A DNA stretch of 64,000 nt, taken from NCBI GenBank assembly GCA_964016885.1, contig OZ024741.1:293756001-293820000 (forward strand). The letters run 5' to 3'. The notes under the pieces were generated by a model. It worked only from the letters and a program-made list of their open reading frames with translations. It was not told the DNA's origin and did no database searches. Both the position numbers and the translations under genes were made by a program. This document shows, one piece after another, positions 29,143 to 41,026 of the stretch. This DNA comes from Eledone cirrhosa (Eukaryota). Numbering within the stretch: position 1 is the first letter of the stretch; each line of letters starts with the position of its first letter.

Positions 29143-29550
29143 TCATCATCATCATCATCATCATCATCGTCGTTTAACGTCCATCTTCCACGCTTGCATG
29201 GGTTTGGACGGGAGTTTTCCCACTTGAGGCAAGAGTGGTTGTCTTGCTCGCATAGGACTGTCTGGCGGGTTTTCTACGGCTGGATGCCCTTCCTAACACC
29301 AACCACATTTACAGTGTGGACTGGGAGGTTTTTATCGTGTTACCTACACGGCCACATTACAGCGTGGACTGTGTGTTTTTTTGTCGTGACACCTACACAA
29401 CCTCATTTGTTTCGGACTGGATGTTGTGGTACCAACATAACTTCACATTGAAAGGGGTGGTGTGGATGGGGTAGTGGGACGGGGGTGTATTTTTGCAAGA
29501 GGAGCCTACTGACTGTAGTAGGTTTCACTTTGTACTTAGGTAAGGCGGGT
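29143..29550 (-). mobile_element. RTE-A-related 3'UTR
   Basis: Near identical to 10195-10440; extends into the sequence seen at 12781. Confidence 0.88.
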
Positions 29551-30130
29551 CTTCTGTATTACTGTATCATATTTACATAATTATCTCGAAATTGTAAATG
29601 ATGAACAGTTTCAACTTAGGTCCTGATCAAGTTTACATATATAATGTGTGTGTGTTTCATGCAGATTTCTTGTAGCTTCAGTGAAACCCTGTACTGTTGC
29701 TTTACTATTTCAGTCTTCTTATATAGGATTTTCGACTGGTAGATAGTATCAGCAATGGAAAGACTAATAGAAACATAGTTTCCTTGGTCCGATTTGATAA
29801 GGCCCACTACACCCAGTAAACAAATGAGATCTGGAATCTTGTCGATTGACTTCCTTCCTTCCCTGTATAGAGCTATAACATATGGTTGTAATTTTAAAAC
29901 CCTTTATTGATCTATGGCAGCTGAAGAAAGTGTATAAACAGCATTTTAGAAGTTTTGTCTTCATAACATACATTGGTTATCTATTGACAGCATTCATAGT
30001 ATAATTGCCAGCAGTGCTATCTACTCAAACATATTGTCAATGTCACCATTAGGATTTTGCTGATAAAATTTTTCTTTGTCAGTGCAACTGGATTTTAATA
30101 AATTTGTATATATGTATATGTACGTATGTG

Positions 30131-30173
<43 letters not shown>

Positions 30174-30388
30174 AGGAGTGTGTATGTATATATATATATA
30201 TATATATGAAAAAAAGGAAAAGAATGATTTCACTTGTGTTAACAATTTTATTATAATATTATGACCAACTCAAAATATTATAATATTATAACATTAAATC
30301 AAAAACATGTTTAACACTACAAGTGAAGTCATTCTTTTCCTTTTTTTCAAATATACCTAACTGTATCAAGGATCTCACACATTTCCCA

Positions 30389-30420
<32 letters not shown>

Positions 30421-30589
30421 TCCTATATACACTGTTTTTCTGATAATTTGATTAAGCATACATTGTATTTAAAATTGAGTGATATAACTTCAAGTGATTA
30501 GCAATTTTTAGACAACTTAATCAATGAAGCAGTTGTTAATAGTGTAAATAAACCGTTTTTGTACTGTTGACCATTTATTCTTCACTCTT

Positions 30590-30865
<276 letters not shown>

Positions 30866-31140
30866 TAAATTATCCAAGATACCTCCAACGAGATATACCT
30901 TGGAGGAGGCCAGCTAAACATGCATAGGTGTGAGCTGTCACTTACACATATATATGTATATATATATATGTGTGTATATGTATATATATATGTGTGTATA
31001 TATATGTATATATAAGTATATATATGTGTGTGTATATGTATATATATGTGTGTATATGTATTTTATATATATGTGCATATATGCACATATATATATATAT
31101 ATATGTATATATATGTATATATATATGTGTGCATGTAGAT

Positions 31141-31195
<55 letters not shown>

Positions 31196-31212
31196 AGTGT
31201 TAATATAGATGA

Positions 31213-31261
31213 GATTCTACAGGACTAGAACTGTTTCATTCTTTAGAAATCATCAGGAATC
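31213..31261 (-). ncRNA. Type I hammerhead ribozyme (left arm of palindrome)
   Basis: Minus: GATTC-CTGATGA-T TTC TAAA GAA T-GAAA-CAG TTCTAGTC CTG-TA-GAATC. Confidence 0.8.
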
Positions 31262-31266
31262 ATCAG

Positions 31267-31319
31267 GAGATTCCTGATGATTTCTAAAGAATGAAACAGT
31301 TCTAGTCCTGTAGAATCTC
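31267..31319 (+). ncRNA. Type I hammerhead ribozyme (right arm of palindrome)
   Basis: GAGATTC/GAATCTC stem I, CTGATGA, GAAA, CAG/CTG stem III, GUA triplet; predicted cut after 31312. Confidence 0.87.
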
Positions 31320-31430
31320 ATCTATATTAAAACTTTTATACTCTGCTATGTATTGAGTACCTTACTTACTGTGGTTACCTCCGTCAACCCAGAATAACGT
31401 ATATATATATATATATATATACATCTACAT

Positions 31431-31476
<46 letters not shown>

Positions 31477-31546
31477 TATCCAGTGAATTTCCAACCGATA
31501 AGGTATGATTTTCATGGGTACGTCTCTATTTATAAAACAAACTTTG

Positions 31547-31610
31547 TATTTTATCTGATGAAAGCGTACCAATGTTGTCTTGGTATCCTTGAAATATATA
31601 TAATAAAATA
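31547..31610 (+). ncRNA. Type I hammerhead ribozyme, dimer-type stem III
   Basis: TATTTTAT/ATAAAATA stem I, CTGATGA, long stem II (AAG-GTACCAA/TTGGTAT-CTT), GAAA, T-ATAT-A, AUA triplet. Confidence 0.85.
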
Positions 31611-31796
31611 AATATGGTTTTATAAATATAGTTTCCATTTATTTAATATCATTGTATATACATATATAAATATGTATATATATATCTGTATGTGTATATA
31701 TATATATATATGTATACATGTATGTATATATATATATGTATGTATGCATATATATATATGTATGTATGTATATATATATATGTATATGTATGTATG

Positions 31797-31827
<31 letters not shown>

Positions 31828-31976
31828 ATATATATATATGTATATATATATATATGTATGTATATATATATGTATGTATGTATATGTATATGTATATATG
31901 TATGTGTATATATGTATGTATGTATGTGTATATATATATGTATATATATATATGAGTATATACATATATGTGTATG

Positions 31977-32044
<68 letters not shown>

Positions 32045-32175
32045 TATATATATATATATATATATGTATATGTATGTGTATATATATGTATGTATATATA
32101 TATGTATATGTATGTGTATATATATGTATGTATATATATATATATGCATATGTATGTATATATATATATATATAT

Positions 32176-32725
32176 GTCGGGTCGTTGGCGACTAAACTGG
32201 CAACCCCACCAAGGTTTCTTGGTGAGGAGGGTGACTTTGGACATCCTGCAGGACTAAAAAAACCTGTCAAAGGGCAAAGGAGCTCTTAAGAGTCAATGGC
32301 CATCCAAAATCACCAGGAGAGATGACCCCTTAGCCTTTGTCAAGGCAGATTCTAGGAGAAGGAAAACTCTGATATAACACCTGCAACCCTGATGGTATCC
32401 ACTGATGTTGACTTGTTCTTCTTTTTGGTAAATATCATCTTGGTTAAGAGAGTGGGACTGGCTTTGTGCAATGCCTTTGCTCACTATAAAAGCTTCACGG
32501 CATAGGCATTGCTTTATATCTGGAGATCTCTCTGCACTTGTCGTCACATGGTACCATGGGCCCAGCACTATGTGTCAATAATTGTCATAAGTGTAGTGTT
32601 TGTACTTGAGTTCTTGAGTCGCAGGCTGGACTAAAAAGTCACACTCGTTCAGCGCATCAGTAGGGGTTCTCTTACATGGATATAAAGTAGTGGCCGTACT
32701 CAAAATCGAGTTGGCAGCCACCATA
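32176..32725 (+). mobile_element. Non-coding insert in a TA array, probably an RTE-type 5'UTR
   Basis: GC-richer block containing CTAGGAGAAGGAAAACTCTGA, reminiscent of RTE 5'UTRs. Confidence 0.4.
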
Positions 32726-32778
<53 letters not shown>

Positions 32779-32799
32779 ATGCATGTGTGTATATATATT

Positions 32800-32844
<45 letters not shown>

Positions 32845-33249
32845 ATACATATGAATAAAGAAAAGTCCACAAGAGACAATGTATGGCAATTAAGAGGGAA
32901 TGGTGAGATTCAGCTCCAGGTAACCAGTGCAGAAGACATCAAGAATTCTTGAATAAATATGTTTCTGATCTATTGTTCCAGTAGCATTTTTTAACACCAA
33001 AGACATCTCTATCCCTACCCCCCACTACTGCCAGAGGCTGCTGTTTTAAATGTGTTACTGTTTGCTGGTTTTATTCTATTTATTTATGGGTGGAAGAATG
33101 TAGTAAAATATCTTCTTTCAAATTTGTTGCAATAATATTTTGTCATAGTTTCTGAAAGAAATCTTTGTAATATTTTTATTCATAATTTTTTTAAATATCT
33201 TTTTCTCGTGATTTTAAATATCATTTTTCACCATATATCTACACCTTTG

Positions 33250-33468
33250 ATTGGTAGAATTGTGTGAGCATTGGCAATATACCTTAAGTTATTCAGTTAC
33301 GGCTTGTTACACTCTGAGTTACATTCTTGCTGTGGTTAACTTGGTTTTTCATCATCCCAGGGCTGTTGAAATAAGTACCTGAATCAATTAAATTAACTAT
33401 TCCTTCCCCCACAAGAAATTGCTGGCCTTGTTTTAAACTACAAACCATTATTATTATTATTATTATTA
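33250..33468 (+). mobile_element. Diverged SINE family 1 ending in (TTA)n
   Basis: Core and GCTGGCCTTG tail. Confidence 0.65.
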
Positions 33469-33469
33469 T

Positions 33470-34564
33470 AGTTGCATTTATCTTGCTTTATGTTCATACG
33501 AGTTATCACCAAGTCACAACCAGTGACTTCAAGAGACAACAAGGTCTGCCATGTTCAAGAAAGAACATACATACACACACATGTATCTTTAGGTGTTTAG
33601 ACTTGTGATGTACTTATATTGACAGAATCTTCCTTAGTATATGGGCAGTTCCCGTTAGTACTATCTTTTGTATTTCTCCTATACGCGGGTTTCCTGGGAT
33701 TTGCGATAAGTAATCATTAGACCCCTTAGGTATCATTCCTAGAGCACCTACAACCACTGGTATTGTTTTAGTTCTCAATTTCCACATTTTTCCAATTTCT
33801 ATCTCCAGGTCCTTGCTCAATTTTTCAAATGTTTTTATAGATACATTCTTGTCTATTGGAACGGACATATCAATTAGCACGTATACCCTCTTCAGTATTA
33901 TATCAGGTCTATTTGCATCTATTTTTTGGTCTGTTTGGATGCTAAAGTTCCACAAGATTGAGATGTGATCTTTTTCAAGTATGGGAGGTGTTTGATGCTC
34001 CCACCAATTCTTTTGATGGGGCAGGTCAAAATTCTTACACATTATCCAATGTATGTATTGTGCAGCTCTGTCATGCCTGTTTAGGTATTCGGTTGGAGCT
34101 ATAGGACTGCACATTGAAATTATATCATGAATGGTCTTTGGTTGTTTTTTACATACATGGCATAATGAGTTGCATCCATTTTTTATTATGTTCGCTTGGT
34201 AATTTTTTGTTGGCAGACACTGATCTTGTGCTGATACAATCAGTCCTTCAGTTTCTGATTTCAGTCCAGAGGATGCCAACCACTGATGGGTTAAAGTTTT
34301 GTCAACATCAGGATTGTTAGCTCTTTCTGGGTATCTTTCATACAGAGGCTTTTCTTGCCATTTCTTAGCCAGTTTCTGTAGCAGTTCTTTCTTTGCAGTT
34401 ACTTTTACCTGCTTTGCTTTTTCTGTGTTTTCCATTTCAGCAGTAAATGGGACTTCTGAAATTTGTAGTCCATTACTGTATCTTTGTGCATCTTTTGTAA
34501 TGGAGTATGATCTTTTGATGCTTTCGTGTTTCAAAACGAGTTTTATCATCCAATCATGTGATTC
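33470..34564 (-). mobile_element. R4/Dong-like LINE 3' part: Zn knuckle, restriction-like endonuclease and 3'UTR
   Basis: ORF 33614-34549: LKSETEG..AQDQ, CxxC..H..C, RHD, RPDII..IDMSVP..K, PVVVGALG; (TAA)n at the 3' end. Confidence 0.92.
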
Positions 34565-34729
34565 CCTTAGGAAGATTCTGTCAATATAAATACATCACAG
34601 GTCTAAACACCTAAAGATACATGTATGTGTGTATGTGTTCTTTCTTGAACATGGCGGACCTTGTTGTCTCTTGAGATCACTGGTTGTGACTAGGAGATAA
34701 CTCGTATGAACATAAAGCAAGATAAATGA

Positions 34730-34778
<49 letters not shown>
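34565..34778 (+). mobile_element. Inverted second 3' end of the same R4-like family plus (AAT)n
   Basis: Reverse complement of ~33474-33636, including LRKILSI*. Confidence 0.9.
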
Positions 34779-34779
<1 letters not shown>

Positions 34780-34782
<3 letters not shown>

Positions 34783-37120
34783 CGTAAAGAAAATAAGAAT
34801 GAAGAGAGAAGCAGGCGGACGGACAGAGAAGAGGGGGGAAAAACTAAAACTAAAAAAACAAAAACTAAGTCAGACATTCGAACACTACATTACAATGAAA
34901 CTTATGCTTATTCATTTTTGGGGCCCTTTCTGCCTGTGTGTTTGTTTGTTTATGTGTGTTCGTATACAGCGTGGTGATAATGCCACACAAGGGCCAAGTG
35001 GAACGGCGAATCCACAGATGGCTATGTAACCATACATTCGCCAATCCTCGATAAGAGTGTTTAAATATCGAACATAAACAGTTCGAATAACGGTGAAATG
35101 GAGACTAGAACGTCATGTGACAGACTCTCACCCAACAGGTGCCCCCTGGCTCAGCAGCAGGAACCTGACTGTCAACCAAATACTGCTGATGTTGGAGGAA
35201 GACGAAGAAGGAAAGGGGTCAGAACCAACTGGACGAAAGAATGGAATAGAACTGTCATGCAATGTTACCTGAAAAGTAACCCCAAGGAGAGGGGCTACAG
35301 GAGATGGATGCATAACATCTGGAACGAGATTGGTCTATTTAAATTAGATGAACAAAAATTGGCCGGGCAGGCTCGGGTAATAAGAACTAATGGGTGGATA
35401 AGCAAGCTGGAACTGGAGGAACTGAGCAGAGAGAATGTCTTGGAGATGGCGGGTGTAGTATGCCAGACAAGCGAGCCAGTGGGAAATGAAGGTGAAGAGG
35501 TCCTGAGAACGGAGGAACCACCCGAAGCAGACAATGATCTGAATACTGAGATAAATAATACCTGGAACAGAGATACGGCCACTGAGGAGATGAATGCTGA
35601 CGGGCTAGGACAAGATTCGGTTGACATCCTAAATTTAGTGGTAGATGAATTGAACAATGATAGTGGGAGACCTATGAACCTAAGATTTGTAGACAGGAAA
35701 AAGTTAAAAGAAACAACAGCTAAGGTAAACAAAGTCATCCCATACCTTGAGGCGAGGAGCCTTCACCAGTGCAACAATATCCTCAAAGCAACAGCAAATA
35801 CGGTGAGGAAACTACTTGGTATAAAAGCGAGAGGAAACAACAGACAAGAAAGAGCAGAGCCGTGGTGGAAGAAACGACTGAGTGGTCAAATCGGGGAAAT
35901 GAGAAATGACATAGGAAAGCTTGAGTCACTACTGAATGGGACACTAAAAAACATAGGCACTAAAAATAGACTGGAAATAAAGTACAAAACTAGGAGGAAA
36001 ACGCTAAATATTATCATAGAGGAACTGAAGCAACGCATTGTAGCAAAGAGTGCAAAAATCAGGCGATACGAGAACAGAGTCAGTCAATATAAACAGAACC
36101 GCATGTTCGACAACAACCAGAAGATGCTGTTTGGACAGCTTGAAGGGAAAGAAAGAGGCAACGACTTGATCCCTGAGGCGGAACAAACTAAAACATTCTG
36201 GAGAGGAATATGGGAGCAGGATGTTAGACATAATGTCCAGGCAGGGTGGATTGAGACAGTACAGAGGGAGATCGGTGAGCAGGCACACCAACAAACTGAT
36301 TTGAGTATCACAGTTGAAACTCTTAAGGGGCAGGCCAAAAAACTAACCAACTGGAAATCACCAGGCCCAGATGGTGTGCAGGGGTATTGGATTAAAAATT
36401 TAACATCCCTCCACCCGAAGCTGACGGCCATGTTCAATGACTGCTTGGTGTCGGGTGAGGTGCCAGAGTGGTTGACAAAAGGTACCACAGTTCTGATAAT
36501 GAAAGACCGAATCAAGGGTAATTATGTTACCAACTATAGACCTATCACATGTCTGTCCGTAATGTGGAAACTGTTGACGAGCATTGTGTCTGAGGAAATC
36601 TACCATCACCTCCACACAAACAACTTGTTACCGGACGAACAGAAAGGATGCCGAAAGAAGTCACGTGGTACAAAGGACCAGTTACTTATTGATAAGATGG
36701 TAATGGGGAATTGCAGGAGGAGACACACTGATCTTGCCATGGGATGGATAGACTACAGAAAGGCATTTGACATGGTGCCTCATTCTTCGATCACCAAAAG
36801 CCTGGAGATCTTCAGGGTGGCAGATAACATCAGACAGTTGCTGGGGTCCTGGGAGACAGAGTTGACATCAACTGGAGTATCCTTGGGAAGCGTGAAGATC
36901 AAGAGAGGTATCTTCCAGGGAGATAGCCTGTCCCCTCTGTTGTTTGTCCTTGCCCTGATGCCCTTGACCATTATGCTGCGAAAAGTGTGAGCAGGATACA
37001 ATTTGGGAAAGGGAGAGCTTACCATCAATCACCTCCTCTTCATGGACGATCTTAAGCTCTTCGGGAAAAGTGAGAAGGAGTTGGATGTGCGTGTTGACAC
37101 TGTCCGTATTTTCAGCAGTG
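34780..37120 (+). mobile_element. R4/Dong-like LINE with 5'UTR, N-terminal domain and RT (3'-truncated)
   Basis: 630-aa ORF 35098-36990: WTKEWN..CY..RGY..EQKLAGQAR; WKSPGPDG, YRPITC, EQKG, WIDYRKAFD, RGIFQGDSLSPLLF; frameshift to HLLFMDDLKL. Confidence 0.93.
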
Positions 37121-38830
37121 AAAATGACAAAACAAAGGAATTCCCACAAGAAATCTATTTGGCAAGAGAACATCAATCGCCAAATAAACCTTCTCCGATC
37201 TGACATAGAAATTTTAACAAACTACAAAGTAGGTGAACATGTTAAACAAACTAAACTTAGAAAATTGAAAAGAAAATACAGTATAAAATCAACAAATGAC
37301 ATAGACATGCTGATAGAAATAATCAAGCAAAAAGTGTCGGCCAAAGCTGCTCATATAAGGCACTTTGAAAAACGATCTAGATTCTATAAGGACAATAATA
37401 TGTTCAAAAACAACCAAAGAAACTTCTACAAAAAAATTGGCAAGTCAACAATAACTGCTAAATCAATACCACCCAAGGAGGAAGTGCAAGAATTCTGGGA
37501 AAAGATCTGGGCCGAAGAAAAAATTCATAATATACATGCCCCATGGATAGACAGACAAATGAAAGATACAGCTCACCTTGAGGAATAAATATGGGAAAAT
37601 ATAACAGTTGAACAGTTGCGTTTGGCTCTTAGAAAAACCAGCAAATGGAAATCTCCAGGAAAAGACAAAATACCAAATTTTGGGATAAATGCCTTCACAG
37701 AGTCTCAGAGCTGTTAGCCCAACTTTACAATGAAATAGTTAAGGAGCCAGAAAAGATACCATCATGGCTAGTTAACGGCATTACATTCCTGCTTCCAAAG
37801 AATGATGAGACAAACAATCCCAAAAATTACAGACCGATAACTTGCTTTACCACAATGTATAAAATTTTAAAATCAGTCCTAACTGAATACACGTATGACC
37901 ACCTGATAACAAATGATCTATTTCCAATGAGCAGAAAGGGTGTTAACGAGGCTCATATGGCTGTAAGGATCAGCTTTTGGTTAACAAAATGATACTGGAA
38001 GATTGTCATAATAGACACAAAAATCTATCAATTGCATGGATAGATTATAAAAAAAGCATTCGATAGTTTGCTACACAGTTGGATTGAAAAATGTTTAGAG
38101 ATTTTCAAAATATCAGGAGGTTCCTGTCATTCACCTATTGAATAGTGAAAAAAAATCACTGGAAGCTGGAGAAGTTAATATTAATTGTGGAATTTTTCAG
38201 GGTGACTCTTTATCACCACTTTTATTCTGCATCGCACTTATACCATTAAGTAAAATGCTCAATGAAACAAAACATGGATATAAAGTCTATGACAAAACCA
38301 TTAATCACTTGTTCTACATGGATGACCTGAAACTATTTGCAAAAAATGATGAACAATTGCAAGGGCTATTATCCACTGTGGAGCAGTTCAGTGATGACAT
38401 TAAAATGGAGTTTGGACTAGATAAATGTGCTAAAGCAACCAGAGGAAAGCTGCTGCAAAGTTCAGGCATTAATCTTGATCGGGGGAATATGATAAGAGAA
38501 CTTGATCAAGAGGAAACTTACAAATATCTAGATGTTTGTGAAGGAGACGGAATCAAGCACTCGACAATGAGGGAAAGGATAAGGAAGGAATGTTACCGCA
38601 GAGTAAGAGCAATCTTAAGAACGGAATTGAATGCAAGGAATAGGATCGATGCCATAAACACGCTTGCCATACCAGTAGTAACCTACAGTTACATTGTCAT
38701 CAACTGGTCAAGCACAGAGATCCGTAGGCTCGATACAAAAATTAGAAAGAATATATCTCCCTAGGAAAGAAGGCGGACGTGGGTTATCCAGTTAGATATT
38801 GCGTTGAAAACTGCAACAATTGGATTATCT
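37121..38830 (+). pseudogene. Second R4-like family RT, with frameshifts and deletions
   Basis: KWKSPGKD, NYRPITC, AWIDYKK, GIFQGDSLSPLLF, HLFYMDDLKL, FGLDKC, AINTLAIPV. Confidence 0.9.
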
Positions 38831-38911
38831 ACATTACTCTTTTACCTGTTTCAGCCATCCGGCTGAGGCCATGCTGGGCATATTATTATTATTATTATTA
38901 TTATTATTATG

Positions 38912-39112
38912 GAAATGTGGATTGGCAGTATCAGTAGAGGGTCAGGTGCCATGCTTTGCAGCACAGAATTATGCCCCTTTATGGTCTGAGTTCAAATCCT
39001 GCCGAGGTTTACTTTGCCTTTCATCCTTACGGGGTCGATAAAATAAAGCATCAGTAATGCACTGGGATATTTGCTGGCCTTGTGCCAGAAGTAGAAACAA
39101 TTATTATTATTA
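38912..39112 (+). mobile_element. SINE family 1 between (TTA)n tracts
   Basis: Complete head, core and tail. Confidence 0.88.
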
Positions 39113-39231
39113 CATCCTCTGTTTTTTTGTTTTTTTTTACATGCAGAAATGCCCATTTGTACCATCCTGTATTGTTCTGTACTGTCCTTAATGTCTACTT
39201 TGTGTAAACCCTTGTGGTTAATAAAGAAAGT

Positions 39232-39930
39232 ATTATTATTATTATTGTTCCTTGAGTCTCAGTCATTGATGTTAGTTAACTGGAAAGTTTGTTGAAATGA
39301 ATATCAAGCCACTACCTGCAGCCTCAGATATTCAGGACGTATCGGAGGGTTCTTGCTGTTCCCAGCAAAGCATGCCTTTTGAAGCGTTCCAAAAAGCGTG
39401 GCGGGACCAATTTTCTTTAACCATCCCTGGAAGCTTCTTGAGATAGTACCTAGTGCGCCTATGACAATCGAGACCACTTTGACTTCATGGCAGTTCCAAA
39501 TCCTTTTTAACTCCCACTTTAAGTCCTGGTATCGGTTAATTTTCTCCCTCTCCTTCTCTTGCACTCTCGTGTCGAATGGGCAGCCACATCCACAATCAGG
39601 CACGATCTTTTTCTCTTGTCCAAAACCACCAGGTCAGGTCTATTGTTTTCCAGTTTCTTGTCCGTCTGTATCCTGAAATCCCACAGCACCTTCTGTTGAT
39701 CGTTTTCTATCACCGACTCTGGTTTATGCTCATACCACTTCTCAGAATGTGGTAAATTGTTTACTTTGCATAGGTGCCAGTGGATCACCCTGCCCATCAC
39801 ATCATGTCTCCAGCCCTTATAGTGAGTCCGGGCTAGGTCTTTACACTCGGATACAATGTGAGCCACAGTCTCCTCTCTCTCTCCACAGATCCTGCACAGT
39901 GGGCTAGCCTCCGCCTTGTAAATATGAAAA
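39232..39930 (-). mobile_element. Third R4-like 3' fragment (Zn knuckle plus RLE)
   Basis: CRIC..ETVAHIVSEC..RHD..LWDFRIQTD..NRPDLV..KINRYQDL..IVIGALG; TAA tail. Confidence 0.9.
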
Positions 39931-40014
39931 ATAACAAAGTACCCCCCCCCCCCCCTCCAAATGAAAACAGAATGTCTTAAAAAGGTAAATACAAAATCAT
40001 TTGATCAGTAGATA

Positions 40015-40170
40015 ATAATGATTTCTACTATAGGCACAAGGCCAGCAATTTTGGGGGAGGGGAAAGTCGATTAAATCGACTCCAGTGCATGACCAGTACT
40101 TTATTTTATTAACCACATAAGGATGAAAGGCAAAGTTAACCTGGGCAGGATTTGAACTCAGAACGTAAAT
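40015..40170 (-). mobile_element. SINE family 1, partial
   Basis: Core and B-box. Confidence 0.8.
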
Positions 40171-40287
40171 GTCATCTTGCTTACATACGTTCCCACCTTC
40201 TACAGATTGCACTGAATGCATTTTATCATGGCACCAGCACTAAGGAGATTTTTATTTCATTGACATGAAGAGTTTTTCACCAGGGAA

Positions 40288-40540
40288 TATCTTCTTCTTC
40301 ACTCCGTTATTAGTGGGAGGATCATGAGGATGGAGTGATCAAACACTCATGCCAGTGGGTCCTGTCAGAAGCAACCATCTTCAATTGACCTGGCTGGGCT
40401 CCTAAGCAAAGCCAGTTGAGCTCATGGATGTTATCCAACCATCTTGCTCAGGGTCTACCTCTGGGTCTCCTGTGCATTGGTTTTGCCCTTAAAACTGATT
40501 CAGCAATTCGACATATGTCAGATGGAAACTGTATGGAACT
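40288..40540 (-). mobile_element. Decayed RTE-clade 3' end with (GAA)n tail
   Basis: RPRGRP*ARWLDNI..L.W..LG. Confidence 0.6.
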
Positions 40541-40959
40541 GGACAGAAAATGATGATGATGAGGTATATATATTCAATTCAACAACTACATTGATTTCAT
40601 TGGCTGATCAATACTGACCTGTATATTTGCAGTGCATTACTAATTAGATTGTATAACAAGATGAAAATTCAGAAGAGAATTTTAATGCAGATTGTGGTAA
40701 TTAAAAATATACTTCTACTAGGAAATTCTCTCTGTAAAGATAGATGATGAAAGTCATTACAATATTAGCAATTTATTAATTGTAGCATTTAATGAAAATC
40801 TCCATTTTAAAATAAACTTTGAAACAATATAAACAATATAAAAAGAAATCAATTTTACTTCAGTAATATTTCAATTAAAATGAAAAACCAAGAAAATGTG
40901 TGCGTGTGTGCACGTGTATAAATATATGCACATATATATATTACAAGAATTGTATGTAT

Positions 40960-41026
<67 letters not shown>

